Shown here in pieces: positions 9,816 through 21,294 of a stretch of 64,000 bases of DNA (position 1 is the first letter of the stretch; each line of letters starts with the position of its first letter). Below the pieces are notes generated by a model. It was given only the letters and a program-made list of their open reading frames with translations. It did not search any database and was not told the origin of the DNA. The position numbers and the translations under genes were made by a program. The stretch spans positions 32,001 to 96,000 of the forward strand of contig JBJOKS010000020.1 in the NCBI GenBank assembly GCA_046045965.1. The letters are read 5' to 3'. This DNA comes from Cyanobacteriota bacterium. GTDB taxonomy: Bacteria; Cyanobacteriota; Cyanobacteriia; Cyanobacteriales; Nostocaceae.

Positions 9816-10700
9816 ATGACCATTACAAAAAGCCGCATACCCAGATTTTTAAACTTTGCTAAATCTAACCTATCCCAGCGATTTATGTTGATAGGTTTAG
9901 CAATGACTTTATTTTTTATCTTTTTAGCCTTCTTTGCACCAGTATTTCAATCTTGGGGATGGTTACAAAACCCCAAAGAATTTCTTTCTAACCCTATTCA
10001 TAATGCACCTTCCCTTAAACATTGGTTTGGTACAAGTCGCTTGGGTTATGATGTTTTTTCTAGGACGATTTTTGGCGCACAAGCAGCTTTACAAGTAGTT
10101 TTTTTAGCCACAGCATTGAGTATGATTGTGGGTGTACCGTTGGGGATGGTAAGTGGTTATTTAGGGGGAAAATTAGATAAAACTTTGCTATTTCTCATGG
10201 ATAGCATTTACACTTTACCAGGATTACTGCTATCTGTTACTTTGGCTTTTGTAGTAGGGAGAGGAATTTTAAATGCTGCGATCGCCATTAGTATAGCCTA
10301 CATTCCCCAATATTATCGCGTCGTGCGTAACCACACCGTCAGCGTCAAAACCGAAGTCTACATAGAAGCAGCACAAGCAATGGGTGCTTCTACATGGACT
10401 GTACTTTCCAAATATCTATTTTTCAATGTTATTCAAAGTGTCCCCGTCCTCTTTACCCTCAACGCCGCAGATGCCATATTAGTATTAGGTGGTTTAGGCT
10501 TTTTGGGTTTAGGACTACCAGAAGATGTACCCGAATGGGGATATGATTTAAAACAAGCTCTGGAAGCACTACCTACAGGAATATGGTGGACCACCCTTTT
10601 TCCCGGTTTAGCAATGACTATTATGGTAGTAGGGTTATCACTACTTGGTGAAGGGTTGAATGAATTTGTCAATCCTCGTTTGAGAAGAGAAAATAGATGA
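9816..10700 (+). CDS. Peptide/nickel ABC transporter permease (DppC/OppC-like)
   Basis: HWFGT..LGYDVFSR, EAA loop YIEAAQAMGA, PEWG, and multiple TM segments. Confidence 0.9.
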   Translation: MTITKSRIPRFLNFAKSNLSQRFMLIGLAMTLFFIFLAFFAPVFQSWGWLQNPKEFLSNPIHNAPSLKHWFGTSRLGYDVFSRTIFGAQAALQVVFLATALSMIVGVPLGMVSGYLGGKLDKTLLFLMDSIYTLPGLLLSVTLAFVVGRGILNAAIAISIAYIPQYYRVVRNHTVSVKTEVYIEAAQAMGASTWTVLSKYLFFNVIQSVPVLFTLNAADAILVLGGLGFLGLGLPEDVPEWGYDLKQALEALPTGIWWTTLFPGLAMTIMVVGLSLLGEGLNEFVNPRLRRENR

Positions 10701-10765
10701 TTGGTAATAGGTAATAGATAATTTGACTCCTGACTCCTGACAAACTAACAAATTGAGAGACTCTT

Positions 10766-10948
10766 GTGAACGATAAATTTACTTTAATTGCAGCTGCTAC
10801 AGGTGGGTTAATGCTTTCCGTTGCTTTATCTGGTATATTAAAAGGCGCACCTGTAACAAATTTACAGAATTTAAGCATGAGTGCAAATCAAATTACTCAT
10901 GTGCAGATAATTAGTAAAAAAATGAATGAGCAAAAAAATCAAAGTTAG
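10766..10948 (+). CDS. Small hypothetical membrane/secreted protein
   Basis: 60-aa ORF filling the intergenic gap, with a hydrophobic N-terminal segment. Confidence 0.5.
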   Translation: MNDKFTLIAAATGGLMLSVALSGILKGAPVTNLQNLSMSANQITHVQIISKKMNEQKNQS

Positions 10949-10990
10949 TTCGTAGTGAGGACTAAAGTCCTCATATTTCATATACAAACA

Positions 10991-13585
10991 TTATTTAATC
11001 ATCACATTTGCCACTTGTAGAATTTTATCAACATCCTGGATATTAATCAAAATATCTTCAGCAAACTCTTGAGGATAAATAAGATGATGTAAATACCAAC
11101 CAGGAAGAGTTTCACCAATTAAATAATAATAATCTAAATTAACTAAATTACTCACCCACCAATAACAATGATAAACATAATTCGGGGAAAACAACTCAAT
11201 TACTTTGGTTCCCGGTTGACAAAAGACTAAATTTGTTAAACCACTTCCATGAGGAGAAATAATAACTTCCGCTTGAGAAAATAATACAGCTTGTTCTGCA
11301 ACTGACAAAGATTCTAAAATCACAGATTCAAAACCATAAGATTGTAGTATATTTAAAATTGCATCTTCATTTAAAACTCTACGACTTTTAGCTAATTTAC
11401 GAGTAATATAAATCCTTTTTCGTTCCAAAACATGAACATCAATAGTTTTTAAAAACTGTTGTTGTAAAAATTCACAAGTCCATTTTGACATCCACGCAAC
11501 ACAACCAGGAAAAGAAGGAACAATTAACTCATTAGCTTGTAAATGTTGAACTTCACTAATATTAATTTGTTGATTTTCTGGTATTTGTAATTTCCTTAAA
11601 GTTTCTTTTTGAAAAGGTAATTTATTATCTACAACAAAATAATCAATATCTGAAAAATCCCAATTACTCAATCTTAATAATTCCCATCTAGGTAAAACAT
11701 CCAACATCCAATGAAAATAGATATGATTTGTTAAACCTGCTAAAACAGCAACCTTTCCGTTAATAAAGTTAATGGGAGGTAATTTAGAAGTTGATAAAAT
11801 AGGATGTTGACTAGGATGTTTATCAGGATGGTTAGGACTTAAAATAGGGAAATGTGGAGAAATATCAGCTACAAAATATGATTCATCTGTCATTATAGCA
11901 GACTGAGTTTGATCAGAACTTAACCAAAACCTCCCTTGGGGAATTTTCACCACATAAGATGCAGGTAATTTTACCACATTTCCAAATCTAAAACTAAAAT
12001 GTATATCGTTATTTAGAGATTTCGGATAAGTTAATTTTACATCAATTTCTGGGTAAATCTCCACATAATTATCTGTGGTTAATAAAGTATTATCTTCTAA
12101 CCATTGTTGACTTGTTTCATAAAAATCTCTGGGAGAGGATACAAGTTGAAATTGGGAAACATCAAAATTTTCAGCAGATACATTAGATATTAATTCATCT
12201 ACAAACGGTGTAATATAAGAATTAACTTCTATAGCTTTTTTGAAATAAAAGATAGATTCTTCAAACTGCTGATTATTAGCTAAAATAAATCCTAAATAAG
12301 CTAAAGTCAAAGGAGAATTAAATTCTAGATTTAATTGTTGTTTTAATATATTAATTGCTTCCTGTAAATTACCCGTTTTAAATAATGCTATACCCAAAAA
12401 ATAATAAGCTTCAGTTAAATTAGCATTAATCTCAATAGACTTTCTTAAATAAACAATTGCTTTTTGAGAATCTTCTAATTTTAACCAGCATCTACCAAGA
12501 TTAAAATAAATTAGTTCATTTTGTTCATGGTTGTAAATATCAACAAGCTTTTCTAAAACATTAATTGCTTCTTGATATTTATTTTGATTGAAAAATAAAG
12601 TGCTTAATTCCAAACACGCAAGTAAATTATTTGGTTCATTTTCTAATATTTTCTGAAGTAACTGCAAAGAAATATCAGGGTAAACATTTAAAATAAGTTT
12701 ATGGAGTAACAAATATATTTCATTTATTTTAAATATTCTATCATTAGCAAAATTAAGAGACTTAATAAATTCGATTCCATCAGAAATAGTATTTTTTAAA
12801 CAGACGCTTGAACTTTGAGAAAGTTTGATTAAAGCTTCACCAAAATCTGGTTTAATATTAATAGCTTGTTGCAGATAAATAACACCTTCTTCAAAATTGC
12901 CTTGATGCAATAAAACTAAAGCCAAATCACTAAAAGCAGGTGCATAATCATTTTGTATTTCAATAGTATTCAAAAAACAATCTTTGGCTAAATCCCATCG
13001 TCCAGTCTGAGAATAACACAATCCTAATTGATAATAAATTAAATAATCTTCCTGTAAAGAAATAGCATTTTGATAACTTTCTATAGCTGAATCAAATTGT
13101 TCTAACTTTTGCCATACATAAGCTTGTTGAAGATGTGCTTCTAAATAGTCTGGTTGAATTTGCACAACAGTTTCCCAATAGGAAATAGCTGCTTCTAAAT
13201 TACCTTGAATTGCTACCGCATGACCCAAATTATAATATAGTTCAGCTTGATGATCATCCCACTCTAAAATAGACGCATAAATTTTTTGAGCTAGTTCATA
13301 TTTTCCCATATTTAAATATTCTTGACCTTGACTTTTCAGAAAATCAATAAATTCCCTTAAGGCTTGATTTTCATCATCAAAATCTGTATTTGCAAAGCTT
13401 AAAAACCAAATCTCATGACATTTTTCTTCATCTCCTTGCAAAAGCCAACCTAAACCCAAATACCAAAATAAAGTAATATCATCAGCTACTAAATCAAGAC
13501 ATTGTTCATAAATACTAATAGCCGTGGTAAAATCATCTTGTCGTAAACAAATATCAGCCTGATTTTTAAGTTGATAAATATCCAT
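10991..13585 (-). CDS. TPR protein with C-terminal GT61/DUF563 glycosyltransferase
   Basis: Many TPR repeats, then YFHWMLDVLPR, RIYITR..RRVLNE and ISPHGSGLTNLVFC..GTKVIELF. Confidence 0.88.
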   Translation of the reverse strand: MDIYQLKNQADICLRQDDFTTAISIYEQCLDLVADDITLFWYLGLGWLLQGDEEKCHEIWFLSFANTDFDDENQALREFIDFLKSQGQEYLNMGKYELAQKIYASILEWDDHQAELYYNLGHAVAIQGNLEAAISYWETVVQIQPDYLEAHLQQAYVWQKLEQFDSAIESYQNAISLQEDYLIYYQLGLCYSQTGRWDLAKDCFLNTIEIQNDYAPAFSDLALVLLHQGNFEEGVIYLQQAINIKPDFGEALIKLSQSSSVCLKNTISDGIEFIKSLNFANDRIFKINEIYLLLHKLILNVYPDISLQLLQKILENEPNNLLACLELSTLFFNQNKYQEAINVLEKLVDIYNHEQNELIYFNLGRCWLKLEDSQKAIVYLRKSIEINANLTEAYYFLGIALFKTGNLQEAINILKQQLNLEFNSPLTLAYLGFILANNQQFEESIFYFKKAIEVNSYITPFVDELISNVSAENFDVSQFQLVSSPRDFYETSQQWLEDNTLLTTDNYVEIYPEIDVKLTYPKSLNNDIHFSFRFGNVVKLPASYVVKIPQGRFWLSSDQTQSAIMTDESYFVADISPHFPILSPNHPDKHPSQHPILSTSKLPPINFINGKVAVLAGLTNHIYFHWMLDVLPRWELLRLSNWDFSDIDYFVVDNKLPFQKETLRKLQIPENQQINISEVQHLQANELIVPSFPGCVAWMSKWTCEFLQQQFLKTIDVHVLERKRIYITRKLAKSRRVLNEDAILNILQSYGFESVILESLSVAEQAVLFSQAEVIISPHGSGLTNLVFCQPGTKVIELFSPNYVYHCYWWVSNLVNLDYYYLIGETLPGWYLHHLIYPQEFAEDILINIQDVDKILQVANVMIK

Positions 13586-13787
13586 AAGAGTAAATACTTA
13601 ATAAATTCTTTCCTTGATTTTATACCAAAAATATGTGAAGCTACACAGAATCATGAAATCCATTAAATTATCCGTCCTTATCGGCGTTTATCTGCGTTTA
13701 TCTGCGTTCAAATATTCATAACGTAAAATTGGTATACTTTCTAGAAATTTGTAATTTGATATAAAATCAAGATTGAGGAGTTAAACT

Positions 13788-14675
13788 GTGCAGCAAGTAA
13801 TAGGTATTGATTTAGGAGGAACAGCGATTAAGCTAGGACGTTTCACAGAGGATGGTAAATGTTTACAATCATTAACTGTGGATACTCCCCAACCAGCAAC
13901 ACCAGAAGCTGTATTATTAAAGATGGTGGATGCCATAACTCAAATAGACCCAGATCATCAAAGTATAGCTATAGGTGTGGGAACTCCTGGACCTGCTGAC
14001 GCTGCGGGAAGAGTTGCCAAAGTGGCCATAAATCTGGCAGGATGGCATGATGTACCCTTAGCAGACTGGTTAGAAGCTAAAACAGGTAAACCAACCATTC
14101 TCGCTAATGATGCTAACTGTGCAGGTTTAGGAGAAGCTTGGTTAGGTGCTGGCCGCAATTTTCAACATTTGATTTTGCTAACTTTAGGAACTGGTGTTGG
14201 TGGTGCAGTTATCTTGGATGGTAAATTATTTGTTGGTCATCAAGGTGCAGGAGCAGAATTAGGTTTAATTACTTTAAATCCAGATGGTCCAATGTGTAAT
14301 AGTGGTAATCAAGGTTCTTTAGAACAGTATACTTGTATATCAGCTATTCGTCGTCGCACAGGCAAAGAACCAGCAGAATTAGGCGCACTTGCCCAAAAAG
14401 GCGATCCTGAAGCCTTGACATTTTGGCAAGAGTATGGTAAAGACTTGGGAATTGGTTTAACGAGTTTAATATATGTTCTCACACCCCAAGGGATTATTAT
14501 TGGTGGTGGTGTCAGTGCTAGTTTTGAATATTTTTTACCAGCAATGCAAGCTGAAATAGAAAAGCGGGTTTTACCAACATCCCGTGTAGGTTTACAGATA
14601 CTACCAGCAGAACTGGGTAACTCAGCGGGAATGGTAGGTGCTGCTAAACTAGCATGGGGTATAGGTGACAGGTGA
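13788..14675 (+). CDS. ROK-family sugar kinase (glucokinase-like)
   Basis: GIDLGGT, NDANCAGLGE, LGTGVGG, CNSGNQGSLE. Confidence 0.9.
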   Translation: MQQVIGIDLGGTAIKLGRFTEDGKCLQSLTVDTPQPATPEAVLLKMVDAITQIDPDHQSIAIGVGTPGPADAAGRVAKVAINLAGWHDVPLADWLEAKTGKPTILANDANCAGLGEAWLGAGRNFQHLILLTLGTGVGGAVILDGKLFVGHQGAGAELGLITLNPDGPMCNSGNQGSLEQYTCISAIRRRTGKEPAELGALAQKGDPEALTFWQEYGKDLGIGLTSLIYVLTPQGIIIGGGVSASFEYFLPAMQAEIEKRVLPTSRVGLQILPAELGNSAGMVGAAKLAWGIGDR

Positions 14676-14709
14676 GTGGGAAGATGAATAACCTAATTAG
14701 CTATGAGAC

Positions 14710-15141
14710 TTATTCCCTATTTTCCAGATCAAATCCTGTGTGTGTTTCTAGGTAGCTTACCACCTTTTGGTAGGATTCGGGACTGCTGGTAGGGTTAATA
14801 ATGATGGGGTAATTAATATCTGGTAACCAAAAAGTTAATCTACCATTTTGTTCATGACAGAAAGAACTAATACAGTGGAGATTGATTAAATATTCTTTTC
14901 TATCATAGGTTATTTTTACCCAATAAGCATTTTCTAATTCTAGCCCTTGGACATACTCTACATATTCAGAAATTTTCTGATAATCTTCCTCATTACTGTG
15001 AGGGTTAATGACAATGGGTATAGAACTATTAGGCAACCAAAAGGTAATTCTACCATTTTTTTCATAGCAAAATGTATTGACTCGTTCCAAATTAATTACA
15101 TATTCCTTCCTCTGATCCTGTATTTTTACCCAGTAAGCCAC
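14710..15141 (-). CDS. Hypothetical protein made of two tandem ~70-aa repeats
   Basis: AYWVKI...YxINL...FC.E.NGR.TFWLP occurs twice. Confidence 0.75.
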   Translation of the reverse strand: MAYWVKIQDQRKEYVINLERVNTFCYEKNGRITFWLPNSSIPIVINPHSNEEDYQKISEYVEYVQGLELENAYWVKITYDRKEYLINLHCISSFCHEQNGRLTFWLPDINYPIIINPTSSPESYQKVVSYLETHTGFDLENRE

Positions 15142-15179
15142 AAAATTGCCTCAACACTCCTACGGCAATTTTACCTTAT

Positions 15180-15283
15180 AGGTAATAGGGAACAGGTAAT
15201 AGGTAATAGGTTATTCATCTTCCCAGTCACCAGTCACCAGTCCCCAGTAAAGAGTCCCCAGTAAAGAGTCCCCAGTCCCCAAA
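15180..15283. repeat. Mixed STRR tract (GGTAATA, CCAGTCA, CCCCAGT)
   Basis: Tandem heptamers between pyrG and the downstream gene. Confidence 0.75.
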
Positions 15284-16945
<1,662 letters not shown>

Positions 16946-17074
16946 CTAAAAATACATCCCATCTCTTGCAGGATAAAGCATCAGCATTCAGCTATCAGCG
17001 TTCAGAATTCAGTTTTTTAACTGTTACACCAAAGATCACTCACTATTCAATCATCTACCGATTTATCAAACATT

Positions 17075-17158
17075 CTGACTCCTGAACGGCAGTTACTTTA
17101 TGCCGGGGAACCCGTCCACCGCACTGCCTCCTTCTGACTCCTGACTCCTGACTCCTGA
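17075..17158. repeat. (TGACTCC)n STRR interrupted by a GGCAGT...ACTGCC hairpin element
   Basis: GGCAGTTACTTTATGCCGGGGAACCCGTCCACCGCACTGCC is flanked on both sides by CTGACTC units. Confidence 0.65.
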
Positions 17159-17242
17159 ATTCTTGCTTTTCATGCTTCATTCTTTATCCTGATATTGCCC
17201 ATTGTCTCACAGTTACTATCCTGAAATCTTCTGTGTTTTACC

Positions 17243-18685
17243 GTGAAAAAAGTCTTAGGATTAGTAGTATTTAGTTTTCTGTTTACCTCCTCCGTTGCTT
17301 TGGCACAAACATCTCTCCTAGTAGTTTTTCCCCCAACCAACTACCAAACCAGTACAGAAAAAATATTTTTTATCGGTACAACACCACAGGATGGACAAGT
17401 TTTCATCAATGGTAGACCAATTACCTGCAACCAGGCTGGACATTTTTCTCCCAGTCTCCCTTTACAGTTAGGGGAAAAAGTGTTTAAGGTAAGTTACCAA
17501 AATCAGGAACGAGAGATTAAGCTAACAAGGCTGTCTACTCTACCAGAATTACCGCCAGGTTTAGGCTTTACCAAAGATGCTCTAACTCCTGCTGTCGATA
17601 TTGCTAGATTACCGGGAGAAGTGATTTGTTTTGGTGCAATTGCACCTCCTCAAGCGAGTGTCTCTGTCAAGTTGGCTAATCAAATTATTCCCTTGTCACC
17701 ACAACCTTCACAGGCGCAATTACCTGCTAATTCAAGTGTACTAACGGGAAAAAATCAGCCTACTACTTCTAGTCCTAACAAATATCAAGGCTGTACAACA
17801 GTGGCCAAAGTTGCCGATTTAGGACAACCTCTATTTAGTTTGACATTGAATGGTAATACTGCTACTCAACTAGGTCCAGGCAAAATCTCAATTTTGACAC
17901 CTACACAACTGCCAGTTACTGAGGTAATAGCCGCATCAGGTGTGGTTCGTACTGGTCTGAGTACCGATTATTCTCGACTGGATTGGCAACAGGTGACTCC
18001 ACAACAGGTCAAATACACCTTTAACCTCAAAAACCTCCAACAATGGGGGTATAAGCTGAAATACGACCATACAACCCTGGTATTGAGTTTGCGTCATGCG
18101 CCGAATATTCACACCAGAAAACTCCTGCCTTTATCTGGCATCAAAATTGTACTTGATCCAGGACACGGTGGTAAAGAATCTGGTTCAAGTGGACTGAAGG
18201 GGTATTTAGCAAAAGATGTAAATTTGGTGTTATCGAAGTTATTGCGGGATGAATTGGTGCTGCGTGGTGCAACAGTGGTGATGACAAGGGAAGATGATCG
18301 AGATGTTTCTTTGGTGGAACGTCAGGAGATCATTAGTCAAGAACAACCTGCTATTTCTCTTTCTATCCATTACAATTTTTTACCTGATGATAGTAAAGTA
18401 GAAAAAACTAGGGGGTTGGTGAGTTTTTGGTTTCATCCCCAAGCACACAGCCTCGCAGTATTTTTACATAATTACGTGGTTAAGAAACGTCTTGAACCTT
18501 CCTATGGCGTGTTTTGGAATAATTTAGCCCTGACTCGTCCCTCTGCTGCACCTGCGGTTTTATTAGAGTTTCGTTTGATGAGTAATGCTGATGAGTTTGA
18601 GGAGATAGTCAACTCTCAACAACAGAGGAAAATTGCAAAGACGTTAGCTGATGGGGTGACAGAATGGTTTAAGATGACAAAATAG
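17243..18685 (+). CDS. N-acetylmuramoyl-L-alanine amidase paralog, internally deleted and degenerate
   Basis: Close paralog of 18837-20588 that lacks 103 aa and has the Zn-ligand Glu replaced (YLAKD vs YPEKD). May be a pseudogene. Confidence 0.8.
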   Translation: MKKVLGLVVFSFLFTSSVALAQTSLLVVFPPTNYQTSTEKIFFIGTTPQDGQVFINGRPITCNQAGHFSPSLPLQLGEKVFKVSYQNQEREIKLTRLSTLPELPPGLGFTKDALTPAVDIARLPGEVICFGAIAPPQASVSVKLANQIIPLSPQPSQAQLPANSSVLTGKNQPTTSSPNKYQGCTTVAKVADLGQPLFSLTLNGNTATQLGPGKISILTPTQLPVTEVIAASGVVRTGLSTDYSRLDWQQVTPQQVKYTFNLKNLQQWGYKLKYDHTTLVLSLRHAPNIHTRKLLPLSGIKIVLDPGHGGKESGSSGLKGYLAKDVNLVLSKLLRDELVLRGATVVMTREDDRDVSLVERQEIISQEQPAISLSIHYNFLPDDSKVEKTRGLVSFWFHPQAHSLAVFLHNYVVKKRLEPSYGVFWNNLALTRPSAAPAVLLEFRLMSNADEFEEIVNSQQQRKIAKTLADGVTEWFKMTK

Positions 18686-18836
18686 AATATTGGTTATTTG
18701 ACAACTTTCTGTCTAAGGGATTTCTAAGAAATAAATTATCTAGATTAACGAACCGCAGAGGCGCAGAGGACACAGAGAAGACAAGAATTGTTAACTGAAC
18801 TGTATTGACTATTATTAAATTTTTTGTATTTTTATC

Positions 18837-20588
18837 GTGAAAAAACTTTTAGGATTAGCAATATTTAGCTCTATTTTCACTTCTTCCCTGGCTTTGGCAC
18901 AACCACAACCATCGCTTTTAGTGGTTTATCCTCCAGCAAATCACAAAACCAGTACGGAAAAAATCTTTTTTATCGGTACTGCACCAGCAGATGGACAGGT
19001 TCTCATTAATGGTAGACAAATTAACCGCAGTCAGTCTGGTCATTTTGCGCCTAGTTTTCCCTTACAATTAGGTGAGAATGTATTTAAGGTACGTTACCAA
19101 AATCAGGAACGGGAGATTAAGGTAACAAGGCTTTCTACTCAACCAGAATTACCACAAGGTTTAGGTTTTGCTAAAGATTCTCTAACTCCTGCTGTGGATA
19201 TTGCTAGACTACCAGGTGAACTAATTTGTTTTGGTGCGATCGCACGTCCACAAGCTAATGTTTCTGTTAAACTGGGCGATCAAATTGTTAATCTTTCACC
19301 TCAACCTGCAAAAGCAGAATTACCTGCTAATTCTAGTATTTTAACTGGGCGTAATCAGGCTACTATTTCTAATATTACCAAATACCAAGGTTGTACAACT
19401 ATTGCCAATCCTGGGGATGTGGGACAACCTCTATTTAGTTTGACATTAAATGGTCAGACGATGACAGAAACTGGTAAGGGTAAAGTAGAAATTATTGCAC
19501 CTGCACAGTTACCAGTTATAGAAGTAACAGCCGCATCAGGGGTTGCACGCACGGGTTCTAGTACCGATCATTCCCGACTGACACCATTACCAAAAGGAAC
19601 AAGGGCAAGCGTTACAGGTAAAGATGGTGATTGGTTACGGTTAGATTATGGGGCTTGGATTAATAGTAAAGAAACTAAAATTATACCAGGTGCAGTTCCA
19701 CCACAAACTGTAATTCGCAGTGTGGGATATCGTCAACTAACTGGAGTCACAGAGATACGTTTTCCCTTGCAAATGCCTGTACCTGTGACTGTGGAACAGA
19801 GCGATCGCAATTTTACTCTCACTCTCCATAATACCACTGCTCAAACTGATACCATTCGTCTAGATGATGACCCCCTCATTTCTCGCCTAGATTGGCAACA
19901 GGTGACTCCTCAACAGGTGAAATACTCCTTTAACCTCAAAAAGCTCCAACAGTGGGGGTATAACCTGAAATACGACAATACAACCCTGGTCTTGAGTTTG
20001 CGTCATGCACCGAATATTCAGAATAGAAAACCCTTATCTGGTATCAAGATTTTACTTGATCCGGGTCATGGTGGTAAAGAATCTGGTGCAATTGGTCCTA
20101 CAGGGTATCCAGAAAAAGATGCGAACTTGGTGGTTTCTAAATTACTGCAAGATGAGTTGATCAAACGTGGTGCAAAAGTGGTGATGACAAGGGAAGATGA
20201 TCGAGATGTGTCTTTAGTGGAACGTCAGGAGATCATTAGTAAAGAACAACCTGCGATCGCTCTTTCTATCCATTACAATGCTTTACCTGATAATGGTGAT
20301 GCGGAAAAAACAAAAGGTTTCGGTAGTTTTTGGTATCACACTCAATCACATAATCCCGCAGTATTTTTACATAATTACGTAGTTAAGAAACTGCGTAAAC
20401 CTTCTTATGGCGTGTTTTGGAATAATTTAGCTTTAACTCGTCCCTCTGTTGCACCTGCGGTATTATTGGAATTGGGTTTTATGAGTAACCCTGATGAGTT
20501 TGAAGAGATAGTTAACCCCCAAGAACAGAAGAAGATGGCTAAAACTTTGGCTGATGGGGTAACGGAGTGGTTTAAAATGACGAAATAG
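18837..20588 (+). CDS. N-acetylmuramoyl-L-alanine amidase (signal peptide, SH3-like/AMIN-like region, Amidase_3)
   Basis: LDPGHGG, EKDAN, SIHYNA, LLELGFMSN. Confidence 0.92.
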   Translation: MKKLLGLAIFSSIFTSSLALAQPQPSLLVVYPPANHKTSTEKIFFIGTAPADGQVLINGRQINRSQSGHFAPSFPLQLGENVFKVRYQNQEREIKVTRLSTQPELPQGLGFAKDSLTPAVDIARLPGELICFGAIARPQANVSVKLGDQIVNLSPQPAKAELPANSSILTGRNQATISNITKYQGCTTIANPGDVGQPLFSLTLNGQTMTETGKGKVEIIAPAQLPVIEVTAASGVARTGSSTDHSRLTPLPKGTRASVTGKDGDWLRLDYGAWINSKETKIIPGAVPPQTVIRSVGYRQLTGVTEIRFPLQMPVPVTVEQSDRNFTLTLHNTTAQTDTIRLDDDPLISRLDWQQVTPQQVKYSFNLKKLQQWGYNLKYDNTTLVLSLRHAPNIQNRKPLSGIKILLDPGHGGKESGAIGPTGYPEKDANLVVSKLLQDELIKRGAKVVMTREDDRDVSLVERQEIISKEQPAIALSIHYNALPDNGDAEKTKGFGSFWYHTQSHNPAVFLHNYVVKKLRKPSYGVFWNNLALTRPSVAPAVLLELGFMSNPDEFEEIVNPQEQKKMAKTLADGVTEWFKMTK

Positions 20589-20770
20589 GATATTTGATGA
20601 TGACTATTTTTTGTCATAATCAGGATTTACAGGATTTTTGTAATCCTCAAATGTCCAATTTTTTTATGTTGATTTAGTTGAGACTGGTAATGGGTAATTG
20701 CTGATGAAATTCCTGTTCTCATCCTGTTCATCCTTTAATCTTGGACATCCTGATTCTGACAGTTCCTTAA

Positions 20771-21268
20771 TTATCTACGAAAATGCAAAATTGGCATAGT
20801 AAATAAACCCCAAGCCAAACCCGTAATCAAACCAAAAGGTGTAACAATGTAATTGTGAAAATCCCACAAACCAAAAACTTGCGCTGCTAATTCCAACGGA
20901 TAAGCCATCATTAAAACACTAGCAAAAGCCGCACCAATCCAACCATATTGACTTAACCAAAAAGCACCTTTACCACCAGTCACCCCATAGAAAATCCGAG
21001 TTATCAACAAACCTGTCACCGTACCATAACAGCGCATACATACTGCCATAATAAAAGGTGGAGATAACTCCAAACCCATAGTAGGCTGCGGACATACATG
21101 ATTACCCATAAAGTAAATGATGTCCGCAATACCCGGAAGCAAAAACACACCAGACGCAGCAAGAAAAGGAGCAATAGGGGGACCAAAAACCATCCCAGCT
21201 AACAGGAAATCAGCAAAAAAACTCACCCAATTAACCTGTAACCCTCTTGACAAAATCATCCTTTGCAT
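20771..21268 (-). CDS. DUF2085-like membrane protein
   Basis: VCPQ...VCMRCYG motif and TM helices. Confidence 0.7.
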   Translation of the reverse strand: MQRMILSRGLQVNWVSFFADFLLAGMVFGPPIAPFLAASGVFLLPGIADIIYFMGNHVCPQPTMGLELSPPFIMAVCMRCYGTVTGLLITRIFYGVTGGKGAFWLSQYGWIGAAFASVLMMAYPLELAAQVFGLWDFHNYIVTPFGLITGLAWGLFTMPILHFRR

Positions 21269-21294
21269 CTTCTTACCTTTGCACGAAATATTTC

